Positions 33,991-43,541 of a DNA stretch of 64,000 bases are shown one piece after another. This DNA is from Candidatus Zhuqueibacterota bacterium (lineage in GTDB: Bacteria > Zhuqueibacterota > Zhuqueibacteria > Residuimicrobiales > Krinioviventaceae). Location: contig JAXHMJ010000002.1 in NCBI GenBank assembly GCA_034521575.1, forward strand, positions 815,692-879,691, given 5' to 3'. The notes beneath the pieces were generated by a model. It was not told where the DNA came from, did not search any database, and was given only the letters and a program-made list of their open reading frames with translations. Position 1 is the first letter of the stretch, and each line of letters starts with the position of its first letter. A program made the position numbers and the translations under genes.

Positions 33991-35532
33991 ATGAAAAATC
34001 GTACTTTCTCCCAATCGCTCATACTCGTTCTGCTGCGCCTTACAATCGGCTGGCATTTTTTATACGAAGGGCTGGTCAAACTGCTGCAGACCGACTGGAC
34101 CGCTGCCAGCTATTTGAGTGTTTCCAACTGGATTTTTGCACCCGTGTTTCACTGGATGGCGGAAACTCCTGAAGTATTAGCAGCTGTTGATTTTCTGAAT
34201 ATCTGGGGATTAATTCTCATCGGCGCTGCATTGATATTCGGTGTATTCGAACGATTCGCTGCCTTTTGCGGCATGGCGCTGCTGGCGCTTTACTATATTG
34301 CCAATCCGCCGTTTGTCGGTCTCGAATTCGGTGTTCCCGCGGAGGGTAATTATCTGGTGGTCAACAAAAATCTGGTAGAATTTTTCGCCCTTGGTATCCT
34401 GATTTATTTCCCCACCGGCAAAGTATTCGGTCTGGATTTCTTTTTAAAGCGCAAACCCAAAACAACCAAAGCGGAAAAAGAACTCGATGTCAAACACCCG
34501 GAAGAACAGGTCAATATTGGACGCAGGCAGGTCATTAAAGCCCTGACCGGTGTCCCGGCTGCCGGTGTTTTTGCCTGGGCGTTTGCGCGTAAGAAACAAT
34601 GGCAAAGCTGGGAAGACAAAAATCTGGTTGATGCTATGACCAGCGCCAGCACCAAACTCTTCAATCCGGCGGGTTTGACGCATCTGAACGGGCAAATCCC
34701 GAAAGCAACAATCAACAATGTCGAATTCAGCCGCTTGATTCTCGGCGGCAACCTGTTGTCCGGCTGGGCGCATTCGCGCGATTTGATCTATGTATCCCAG
34801 CTTGTCAAAGCTTATCACAACAAGGATAAAATATTTGCCACGCTGTTAACAGCGGAAAAATGCGGCATCAACACCCTGCTCACCAATCCGATTTTATGCA
34901 CGCTGATCGATGAATACTGGAAACGCAATATCGGCAAAATCCAGTTCATCTCAGACTGTGCGGGATTGAATTACGACAAGGGAGTGTATGCGATACCGTT
35001 TCAAGATTATATCGCTCGAATCCAGCGCGCTATTGATTACGGCGCCACTTCCTGCTATATTCAGGGTGAGACAGCTGATCATTATATTCAACACGGTTTG
35101 TATGACCATCTGGAAAAAGCCATGAATTTAATACACGATAACGGCCTGCAGTTGGGGATTGGCGCTCATCGGGTCGAAACGCTTGAAAAATGCGTTGAGC
35201 TCGGTTTGCTCCCGGACTATTGGATGAAGACCCTGCATCACCATAATTATTGGTCGGCAAAAGCAGAAACCTGGCATGACAACAAATACTGTTTTGATCC
35301 ACAGAGAACCATCGATTTTATTGCAAGCCGACCGGAACCGGTTATCGCATTCAAAACCATGGCCGCCGGCGCGATTCATCCACAGGACGCGTTCCGCTAT
35401 GCATTTGAAAACGGCGCTGATTTTGTCTGTGCCGGAATGTATGATTTTCAAATGGTGGATGACTGCAATATTGCACTGGATATCTTAAATGATGACAAAC
35501 TCAATCGCAAACGGGACTGGAAAGCAGTCTAA
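33991..35532 (+). CDS. DoxX-family membrane domain fused to an uncharacterised ~330-aa soluble domain
   Basis: The N-terminal 150 aa have a DoxX-like 4-TM topology (LTIGWHFLYEG...). No known family was recognised for the C-terminus by eye. Confidence 0.55.
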   Translation: MKNRTFSQSLILVLLRLTIGWHFLYEGLVKLLQTDWTAASYLSVSNWIFAPVFHWMAETPEVLAAVDFLNIWGLILIGAALIFGVFERFAAFCGMALLALYYIANPPFVGLEFGVPAEGNYLVVNKNLVEFFALGILIYFPTGKVFGLDFFLKRKPKTTKAEKELDVKHPEEQVNIGRRQVIKALTGVPAAGVFAWAFARKKQWQSWEDKNLVDAMTSASTKLFNPAGLTHLNGQIPKATINNVEFSRLILGGNLLSGWAHSRDLIYVSQLVKAYHNKDKIFATLLTAEKCGINTLLTNPILCTLIDEYWKRNIGKIQFISDCAGLNYDKGVYAIPFQDYIARIQRAIDYGATSCYIQGETADHYIQHGLYDHLEKAMNLIHDNGLQLGIGAHRVETLEKCVELGLLPDYWMKTLHHHNYWSAKAETWHDNKYCFDPQRTIDFIASRPEPVIAFKTMAAGAIHPQDAFRYAFENGADFVCAGMYDFQMVDDCNIALDILNDDKLNRKRDWKAV

Positions 35533-35672
35533 AAAGCAAAAATATCAATGAAACGATGTGATTTCTCCAAGGCAAAGAGCGCATCTGCAGCATTGGGCGC
35601 ATTTCACGGCAAAACAATGAAATCACAGGTGCACAACGGATCACCAAAGCTGATGACGGGTCAGGCTGATCG

Positions 35673-36869
35673 TTACCACGGAGAGGTGTTGCTGTTGTTT
35701 CCGGCGGACATGCCTTTGTGTTCCTGACGATATACACCCGGCGGCTGCCCAACGACGCGTTTGAAGCTTTGGTTCATATAGCTTTCATATTTGAATCCCG
35801 CTCGTTGTGCAATATCTCCCTGTGTTAGATCTGTTTCTATCAGCAGTTCTCTCACACGCACAATTTTGATCCGTAAAATTTCTTCATAAGGAGAGTGACC
35901 GATCATACGTTTGAACCGTTTCTCAAACACCCGTCGCGACATGGGTAAAAACGACAGCAGCTGCTGCACATTCAGTCCTTCACAAGCGTGTTTGTGAATA
36001 TAATGCATAGCCCTGGAAATATCCGGATCATTGATCGCCTTGATATCCGTAGATTTTCGTTTTTGTATCCCCAGCGGTTCAATAAACTGACGTTCTTTGA
36101 AATTATAATCACCCTGCATCATCCGGTCAAGACACCTGGCTGCTAAAAATCCGGTGCGGAAAGAATCCGGTATAACACTGGTAAGAGGCGGATCACAAAA
36201 CTCACATATCAAATCATCATTATCCACTCCAATGATCGCCAGGCTTTCCGGTACAAGTATATTCTCATTTTGACAAATCTGAATAATATTTTGGGCACGC
36301 GAGTCAAAAGCGGCAAATACACCTGCAGGTTTAGGAAGATCATAGAGCCACTCGGTCAGGCGTATCCGATCCTGATCCCAATTCATCTCAGGTTCCGAAT
36401 CATAGGGATAGATATGGCATTTGAATCCCTTTTCCTGCAGATAATAATGAAAATGATTTTTCCGCCAATCCGACCAGTTGTAATTCACACCGCAATAGGC
36501 AAATTGCTCAAGCCCCAACTCTATAAAGTGGTTCGCTGCCAGTTCAGCAATCTTTTTGTCATTCGTTTCAATCAATGGAATTTTTTTCATCACATATCCA
36601 GAGCTCACATTGACAATAGGAATATTTATTTTTTCCAAAATTGCAGCCGTTTGCGGACTGTCAATTCTGGCAATAATCCCCTCTCCGTTCCAATTGAGCA
36701 GCCAGGAAACATCCGGCAGTCCTCTGCTGTATTCACCGAGATAAAGTGACCATGGAAAATGCTTGTGAATATAGGCGTTTATTCCTTTCAGTACCCCGCG
36801 CGAGTAAGCATTCGATGTTTCAATTAGCAAACCGACCCGCGGTCGTCCGGCAGAAAGCTGATTCTTCAA
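35673..36869 (-). CDS. XylR-type transcriptional regulator (periplasmic-binding-protein-like sugar sensor domain + AraC HTH)
   Basis: 398 aa. The N-terminus is LacI/PBP-like. The C-terminus has an AraC-type HTH (DIAQRAGFKYESYMNQSFKR). Confidence 0.8.
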   Translation of the reverse strand: MKNQLSAGRPRVGLLIETSNAYSRGVLKGINAYIHKHFPWSLYLGEYSRGLPDVSWLLNWNGEGIIARIDSPQTAAILEKINIPIVNVSSGYVMKKIPLIETNDKKIAELAANHFIELGLEQFAYCGVNYNWSDWRKNHFHYYLQEKGFKCHIYPYDSEPEMNWDQDRIRLTEWLYDLPKPAGVFAAFDSRAQNIIQICQNENILVPESLAIIGVDNDDLICEFCDPPLTSVIPDSFRTGFLAARCLDRMMQGDYNFKERQFIEPLGIQKRKSTDIKAINDPDISRAMHYIHKHACEGLNVQQLLSFLPMSRRVFEKRFKRMIGHSPYEEILRIKIVRVRELLIETDLTQGDIAQRAGFKYESYMNQSFKRVVGQPPGVYRQEHKGMSAGNNSNTSPW

Positions 36870-37007
36870 CCTGCAAAGACCTCATTTACTGACAGTACAA
36901 TATTATACAAAACAGACGCAAAAATTTATTGTTCATCAATATTATTTTTTTATCTTTATATATAATGATTTAATTTCATCATTTCAACCGAAAAAAGGAA
37001 AATTCAG

Positions 37008-37802
37008 ATGAAAAGAAGAGATTTTTTAAAAAAAACAGCCGTTTCTGCTGCAGCTGCCGGGTTATTAAAGGCGAGTACGGGAACTGCTGCTGTTCAGGAA
37101 CCTACGCTCAACAATAAAAAAGTCCTCATGGTCTGGGGCGGTTGGGACGGACACGAACCCAAAAAATGCATTGATCTGTTGGCTCCCTGGGCGCGGGAAA
37201 ATGGCGCCGAGGTGCGGATATCGGATTCACTCGATGTCTATACCGAACAAGAATATATGCAGTCCCTGGATCTGATTGTCCAGGTTTGGACCATGGGTGA
37301 AATCTCCAAAGAACAGGAGCAGGGTCTTCTCAAAGCAGTCAAAAGCGGAATCGGCCTGGCCGGCTGGCATGGCGGATTGTGTGATTCCTTTCGGCAAAAT
37401 GTGGAATATCAGTTTATGACCGGCGGTCAATGGGTTGCGCATCCCGGTGGTGTGATTGATTATACCGTAAATATCACCAATCACAAAGATCCGGTGACAA
37501 AAGCTCTGAATGACTTTGCCATGCATTCGGAACAGTATTATATGCACGTGGACCCAAATGTCAAAGTCCTGGCCACCACGACCTTTACCGGTGAACATGC
37601 GGACTGGATTGACGGATGCGTCATGCCGGTGGTGTGGAAAAAATATTTCGGTGAGGGGCGGATTTTTTATTCTTCTCTGGGACACAAAGCACATGATTTT
37701 GATGTGCCCGAGGCATTGAGCATTTTAAAACGTGGCATTCTGTGGGCCGGTGAAAGTAAATATCATCCGCGCGAGTCCTGGAAAAGCCCGGTCTATGGTT
37801 AG
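37008..37802 (+). CDS. ThuA-family protein (trehalose-utilisation / 3-keto-sugar pathway type), Tat-exported
   Basis: Twin-arginine signal [18 protein letters not shown]. ThuA-like core ([12 protein letters not shown]...GWHGG...FYSSLGH). Confidence 0.8.
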   Translation: MKRRDFLKKTAVSAAAAGLLKASTGTAAVQEPTLNNKKVLMVWGGWDGHEPKKCIDLLAPWARENGAEVRISDSLDVYTEQEYMQSLDLIVQVWTMGEISKEQEQGLLKAVKSGIGLAGWHGGLCDSFRQNVEYQFMTGGQWVAHPGGVIDYTVNITNHKDPVTKALNDFAMHSEQYYMHVDPNVKVLATTTFTGEHADWIDGCVMPVVWKKYFGEGRIFYSSLGHKAHDFDVPEALSILKRGILWAGESKYHPRESWKSPVYG

Positions 37803-37864
37803 ACAAGAATAAACTGTGGCGTGTGTTTTGTTGAATACAATTATAACGATCGAAAGGAGTACCT

Positions 37865-38860
37865 ATGTCCAGACCTGTAACTTTATTTACCGGACAGTGG
37901 GCAGACCTGCCGCTAAAAGAACTTGCAAAACTTGCCAGCCAATGGGGATATGACGGGCTGGAACTGGCATGCTGGGGCGATCATTTTGAGGTCCCCCGCG
38001 CCCTGGAAAGTGATTTATATATCCGGGACAAGAAAGATCTGCTTGCCAAGTACGATCTAAAATGCTTTGCCATCAGCAATCACCTTGTCGGACAATGCGT
38101 CTGTGATCCCGTTGATGAACGTCATAAAGGTATATTGCCGGAACGGATTTGGGGAGACGGCGATGCCGAAGGAGTCCGACAGCGTGCAGCGGCTGAAATA
38201 CAGGATACAGCAATAGCTGCAAAGCAATTCGGTGTCGATATCGTCAATGGATTTACAGGCAGCAGCATCTGGCACAAGCTGTATTTCTTTCCCCCGACCT
38301 CTTCAGACGAGATTGATGCCGGATATCGTGATTTTGCAGAGCGTTGGACACCGATTCTCGACACGTTTAAAAAAAATAAAATAAAATTTGCTCTGGAAGT
38401 TCATCCCACGGAAATCGCTTATGATATCATCACTGCCGAACGCACGTTACATGCGGTGAACAACCATCCCGCGTTTGGCTTTAATTTTGATCCCAGCCAT
38501 CTTGTTCATCAATTTGTCGATCCGGTCGAATTCATTGACAGCTTTGATGACCGTATTTACCATGTTCACATCAAGGATTCACGGGTACAACTGACCGGCC
38601 GCAACAGCATCCTCTCCTCACATCTCAGCTTTGGCGATTCACGACGGGGATGGGATTTTGTCTCTCCCGGACATGGTGATGTCGAATGGGATCCGATCAT
38701 TCGCGCATTAAATCGCGTGGGTTACAAGGGACCGTTATCCGTGGAATGGGAAGATTCCGGTATGAACCGCGTACACGGAGCACAGGAAGCACTGGAAATA
38801 ATCCGCAGAGAGGATTTTTCACCCCCGGACACGGCATTTGACGACGCATTTGAATCTTGA
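37865..38860 (+). CDS. Sugar phosphate isomerase/epimerase (xylose-isomerase-like TIM barrel)
   Basis: 331 aa. [10 protein letters not shown]...EVHP...HVHIKD metal-binding pattern. Confidence 0.85.
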   Translation: MSRPVTLFTGQWADLPLKELAKLASQWGYDGLELACWGDHFEVPRALESDLYIRDKKDLLAKYDLKCFAISNHLVGQCVCDPVDERHKGILPERIWGDGDAEGVRQRAAAEIQDTAIAAKQFGVDIVNGFTGSSIWHKLYFFPPTSSDEIDAGYRDFAERWTPILDTFKKNKIKFALEVHPTEIAYDIITAERTLHAVNNHPAFGFNFDPSHLVHQFVDPVEFIDSFDDRIYHVHIKDSRVQLTGRNSILSSHLSFGDSRRGWDFVSPGHGDVEWDPIIRALNRVGYKGPLSVEWEDSGMNRVHGAQEALEIIRREDFSPPDTAFDDAFES

Positions 38861-38893
38861 TTTATAAATTATTCACGTTAAAAAGAGGTTATT

Positions 38894-40090
38894 ATGAGTA
38901 AAGAAACCGGATTCACACACCTGGCCAAAGAAAAAAAACAGGGCGATTTGCCTGAAATCGGAGTCGGAATGCTGGGATATGCATTTATGGGTAAAGCCCA
39001 TTCGCATGCGTTCAAATCACTTCCCTATATGATTGAAACACCTCCGGCGCGTCCCCGTCTGGTCGGAATTTGCGGACGTAACAAATCCGCAGTGACATCT
39101 GCAGCAGCACGCTACGGCTATGAGTACGCCTACACCGACTGGCGTGACATGATCGACAATAAAGATATCCAGTTAATCAGCAACGGCGGACCGAATTTTA
39201 TGCATGCGGAACCGAGCATCGTCGCAGCACAGGCGGGCAAACATATTCTCTGTGAAAAACCGCTTGGACGCACTGCGGAGGAATCAAAGGACATGCTTGA
39301 TGCTGTTGAAAATGCAGGTGTCAAACATATGGCAGGTTTTAACTATCGATTTGTACCCGCGCTTGTACATGCACGCAATTTAATCAAATCCGGCGCCCTG
39401 GGCCGTATTTATCATTTTCGTGCGGTCTATTTGCAGGAGTGGCTTCTTCCTGCTTATAACACACCGCGACTCTGGCGCATGAACAAAGAACAGGCCGGAA
39501 GCGGTGTTTTGGGCGATTTGGGTACACATATTATTGATCTGAGCCGTTTCCTTTTGGGTGAGATGGTTTCAGTGCAGGCCAAAACCAAAACATTTATACC
39601 TGAACGCGAACTACCGGACGGAAGCGGAACCGGGCCGGTTGATGTGGACGATGCGTTCGCTGCTCTTGTTGAATTTGATAACGGCGCACTGGGAACACTC
39701 GAAGCCTCACGATTTGCAACAGGGCGCAAAAATCATCAACGACTTGAAATCAATGGAGAAAACGGCAGTCTGATGTTTAATCTGGAACGGTTGAATGAAC
39801 TGAATGTTTATTGGCATGATGATGAAACATCGGAAACCCAGGGTTTTCATAATGTACTGGTCAGCGAATCTTATCATCCCTGGCTGAAAAACTGGTGGCC
39901 GCATGGACATATGCTCGGTTGGGAGCACACATTAGTGCATGAATTGACACATTTTCTGGATTGTATTGTAAATGACAAAAATGTTTCTCCGGATGCAGCT
40001 ACATTTTATGACGGGTACAAGGCCGCTGTTATAAGCGATGCCATCCTCGAATCTGCAGACCTGAAAAAGCAAATCGATATTAAAGACTGA
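38894..40090 (+). CDS. Gfo/Idh/MocA-family NAD(P)-dependent oxidoreductase (cytoplasmic, ThuB-like)
   Basis: Rossmann GxGxxG at the N-terminus (IGVGMLGYAFMGKAH) and an EKP motif (ILCEKPL). Confidence 0.85.
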   Translation: MSKETGFTHLAKEKKQGDLPEIGVGMLGYAFMGKAHSHAFKSLPYMIETPPARPRLVGICGRNKSAVTSAAARYGYEYAYTDWRDMIDNKDIQLISNGGPNFMHAEPSIVAAQAGKHILCEKPLGRTAEESKDMLDAVENAGVKHMAGFNYRFVPALVHARNLIKSGALGRIYHFRAVYLQEWLLPAYNTPRLWRMNKEQAGSGVLGDLGTHIIDLSRFLLGEMVSVQAKTKTFIPERELPDGSGTGPVDVDDAFAALVEFDNGALGTLEASRFATGRKNHQRLEINGENGSLMFNLERLNELNVYWHDDETSETQGFHNVLVSESYHPWLKNWWPHGHMLGWEHTLVHELTHFLDCIVNDKNVSPDAATFYDGYKAAVISDAILESADLKKQIDIKD

Positions 40091-40094
40091 GGAG

Positions 40095-41402
40095 TTGGGA
40101 ATGAATTCAAAGGTGAACCGTCGATCCTTTATTAAACATACATTAAAGGCTACAGCTGTCCTTGGCGCGCCCCTGATTATTCCGGGTTCGGCGCTGGGCA
40201 AAAACGGCAAGACAGCGCCGAGCGACCGAATAACCATAGGGTGTATCGGAATGGGCAATATGGGCACGTCAAATATGCAGGTATTTCTGGGTAATCCCGA
40301 TGCGCAAATTGTGGCTGTATGCGATGTGGATGAAATCCGACTTGAAAAGGCCAGGGAAATGGTTAGTGTTCATGGCCAGAATTGCATCGCGACCCCGGAT
40401 TTCCTAAAGCTGATCCATGACCCGTCTATTGACGCCATCTCGCTCGCCACACCGGATCATTGGCATGGATATATTGCAGTCAAAGCCGCGGAAAACGGAA
40501 AAGACATTTACGGCGAAAAACCATTATCTCATAATTTGGCGGAAGGGCGGGCGATCTGCAATGCCGTACAAGCAAATCAACGTATATGGCAAACCGGCAG
40601 CTGGCAGCGGTCGCAGTCCAATTTCCGGTTCGGCTGCGAATTGGTAAGAAACGGCCGCATCGGCAAAGTGCACACAGTACAAGTCGGATTGCCGGAAGGA
40701 TATTCCGGACGCATCCCGGAAGAATACCATATCCAGACACCGCCTGCAACCCTGGATTATGACAGATGGCTGGGACCGGCGCCGTACACGCCTTATATTC
40801 CGTTTAAAACGCACTGGAATTGGCGATGGCAGCTCGCATTCGGCGGCGGACAGCTGCTGGACTGGATCGGACACCATGCCGATATCGCACACTGGGGATT
40901 GGGTATGGAACATACCGGACCTTTTGAAATAAAAGGCAAAGGAGAATATCCGAAAACAGGGCCATGGGATGCAGCAAGCCGCTATTATTTAAAAGCGCAG
41001 TATCCCGAGAATATCACCATGATCATTGCCGGAGGATATCCGGAGATCCCCATGGGAACTCGATGGATTGGAGAATATGGCTGGGTATATGTTAATCGCG
41101 GCGGCGTCATCAAAACAAATCCGGAATCTCTTGTGCGTGAGACATTCGGCCCTGACGAAGTGCATCTTTACCGGTCAAACGATCACCGGGCAAATTTTAT
41201 CGACTGTATGAAATCCAGACGTCCGACCATAACCCCGGCGGAAGTTGCGCACCGCAGTGCAACTCCGGGACACCTGGGACAAATCGCCATGCTGCTAAAA
41301 CGAAAGATAAAATTTAACCCCGTAACGGAAGCAATTATCAATGATCCGGAAGCCTCGCGTCTGCTCTCCCGCCCTATGCGTACTCCCTGGAAAATCGTAT
41401 AA
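40095..41402 (+). CDS. Gfo/Idh/MocA-family oxidoreductase with a Tat signal (periplasmic glycoside-dehydrogenase-like)
   Basis: Tat signal NRRSFIKHTLKATAVLGAPLII. Motifs IGCIGMGNMG and IYGEKPL. Confidence 0.85.
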   Translation: MGMNSKVNRRSFIKHTLKATAVLGAPLIIPGSALGKNGKTAPSDRITIGCIGMGNMGTSNMQVFLGNPDAQIVAVCDVDEIRLEKAREMVSVHGQNCIATPDFLKLIHDPSIDAISLATPDHWHGYIAVKAAENGKDIYGEKPLSHNLAEGRAICNAVQANQRIWQTGSWQRSQSNFRFGCELVRNGRIGKVHTVQVGLPEGYSGRIPEEYHIQTPPATLDYDRWLGPAPYTPYIPFKTHWNWRWQLAFGGGQLLDWIGHHADIAHWGLGMEHTGPFEIKGKGEYPKTGPWDAASRYYLKAQYPENITMIIAGGYPEIPMGTRWIGEYGWVYVNRGGVIKTNPESLVRETFGPDEVHLYRSNDHRANFIDCMKSRRPTITPAEVAHRSATPGHLGQIAMLLKRKIKFNPVTEAIINDPEASRLLSRPMRTPWKIV

Positions 41403-41429
41403 CCTGTTTAATTAGAATGGATAGATAAA

Positions 41430-43475
41430 ATGAATTTCAAAACTCTGCGTTTCAATCTAATGATATTTTTCCTGCTTGCGCTTTTGCAAATCCAGGCCGG
41501 TTTTGCCAACTCGTTAAAGGACAAACTTGAAAAATCACAAACCTATCAATACTCTGACAGCAGACTGGTGCTTTCTCAAATCGACAGTATGATTGTCTCC
41601 AAACTCAATGCTGGAGAATCAAATCTTTTTATTGAAAAACAGCTGCTGCCTTTTTTGACAAAAGACAACTCGCTTGCATTTAAGCAATTTTTGTGTGAAA
41701 AGCTAAGCTTTCTCGGCAGTGAGAAATCGGTACAACCTCTTGTAAGCATGCTGTCTGAACCCGCCACCTATGATATGGCGCTTTTTGCTCTAAGCCGGAT
41801 ACCGCATCCTGACGTATCAGCAGCTTTGCGTGAGATCTGCCCGCAGCTTATTTCCAAATCTAAAATCGGAGTCATCCAAACGCTTGGGTTCAGGCGCGAT
41901 GAAAATTCAGTCGAGTTATTGTCCGAATATATCAATCACAGTAATTCAGACATTTCTTCTGCAGCAATCTCGGCGCTCGGAAACATCGGTTCCTATGCCG
42001 CCCTGAATGCATTAGCCGATGCTACCGGTCGGGAGCATCGGATTGACAACTCGGTTCTGCAGCACGCCCGTCTGGAGGCAGCTGCCCAATTGGAAGATAG
42101 GAATCCAAAACTATCTATGGATGAGTATGAATCTCTTTTGTCCAGCAAGCATATTTCCATTCAAATGGGGGCGTGTCGACGCCTGCTCAATGCCGAACCG
42201 CATCGGTTTGCAGAAAGAATAAATCAATTTATCGACCAAAAAGACAGTGTACTCGTTACTGCCGGGCTGCAATGGATTCAGGAGACAGAATCACCTTGCA
42301 GTGTGAAAGAGATGAAATCCATTTTCAGCCGGTTATCACCGGCCCATCAGACCATTCTTCTCACCTCACTGCAAGAAATGAACAATGATATGTATTTACC
42401 GGTTCCCATGACAGCACTCGATTCAAAAAACAACGAGGTTCGCGAGACGGCATTTAACGCCATTGTTGAACTTGGAAATGCGTCTACCGTCGATGCGTTG
42501 GTCAATCGCTCCTGGACGACCCGATCTGATTTAGAGGCCGTTCTGCACACATTATCCTATCTGCCGGGCAATCAGACCGACCAAGCAATCATTCAAGCGA
42601 TGGAATCTGCTTCATCTCGGTCATTGTCCCTGCTGCTGACGGCTCTCGGCAACCGAAGAATACAGGGTCAGGATTCTCTGCTGCTGTCCTATCTTGATCA
42701 TACCAACAAGCGAATCCAGCGGGACGCCTGGATCGCTCTTGGTAAAACAGCGGATGAGTCAAATTTACCCCAGATCATTCAAGCTTTTTTAGACTTGCAG
42801 TCCCAAACCGCGAATGCAGATTATATTCAAAATGCGATTGTACAGATTATTCGACGCGCACCCGAAAACAACAATTGCAGTCAGGTCATTCTTGCTGCTT
42901 TTGAACAAAATATAAACAAAGATCAAAAGATTAGATTGCTGGAATTAATGGGACGCATTGGTGATCCCGATACGTATACCCTAATTTCGAATACGCTTCG
43001 AGACAATGATCCCGAGATCGTGCTGACAGGGATTCGCGCCTTGTCAAACTGGCCCAATTCAGCTCCCATTTTCGATTTAATGAACATCACATTAAACGCT
43101 CAGAACCAAAAACAGAGCATTCTTGCGCTTCGGGGAATTGACAAAATCACCAAAACCGACTCTAGATATTCGGCGCCGGTCAAAGTTTCCATTTATCAAT
43201 TCATTCTAAATCAAGCGCCGACAGCTGCGGAAAAACGTCTGGCATTATCCGGCTTGTCAGAGCTGATTATACCTCGTTCTTTAAAGGTCATTAGCGAGTA
43301 CTTTGAGTCGGATGTGCGCGATGAGGCAATAACCGCTGCGGTGACGATGATACCGGAGGTATGGTGGAGCGACAGACAGTTAACCAGGGATACGATAAAT
43401 ACTCTGTTAAAAATCACAGACAACCCCGACCACACCAAAGTTTTAAAAAGCATTTTAATTCGGATGGATCAATAA
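41430..43475 (+). CDS. Secreted HEAT/PBS-lyase-repeat protein
   Basis: Signal peptide and ~15 degenerate HEAT-like repeats (R/DxxV-RxxAxxALGxIG pattern). No CxxCH. Confidence 0.6.
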   Translation: MNFKTLRFNLMIFFLLALLQIQAGFANSLKDKLEKSQTYQYSDSRLVLSQIDSMIVSKLNAGESNLFIEKQLLPFLTKDNSLAFKQFLCEKLSFLGSEKSVQPLVSMLSEPATYDMALFALSRIPHPDVSAALREICPQLISKSKIGVIQTLGFRRDENSVELLSEYINHSNSDISSAAISALGNIGSYAALNALADATGREHRIDNSVLQHARLEAAAQLEDRNPKLSMDEYESLLSSKHISIQMGACRRLLNAEPHRFAERINQFIDQKDSVLVTAGLQWIQETESPCSVKEMKSIFSRLSPAHQTILLTSLQEMNNDMYLPVPMTALDSKNNEVRETAFNAIVELGNASTVDALVNRSWTTRSDLEAVLHTLSYLPGNQTDQAIIQAMESASSRSLSLLLTALGNRRIQGQDSLLLSYLDHTNKRIQRDAWIALGKTADESNLPQIIQAFLDLQSQTANADYIQNAIVQIIRRAPENNNCSQVILAAFEQNINKDQKIRLLELMGRIGDPDTYTLISNTLRDNDPEIVLTGIRALSNWPNSAPIFDLMNITLNAQNQKQSILALRGIDKITKTDSRYSAPVKVSIYQFILNQAPTAAEKRLALSGLSELIIPRSLKVISEYFESDVRDEAITAAVTMIPEVWWSDRQLTRDTINTLLKITDNPDHTKVLKSILIRMDQ

Positions 43476-43481
43476 AAACAA

Positions 43482-43536
43482 GGGCAGTCAATGCCCTTTT
43501 CAAACCCAAAAGGGGCTGTAAAACAGCCCCTTTTTT
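43482..43536. terminator. Two tandem hairpins forming a bidirectional terminator between the HEAT gene (+) and hppA (-)
   Basis: GGGCAGTCAATGCCC followed by TTTT. Then AAAA-GGGGCTGTAAAACAGCCCC-TTTTTT. Confidence 0.7.
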
Positions 43537-43541
43537 CATTT

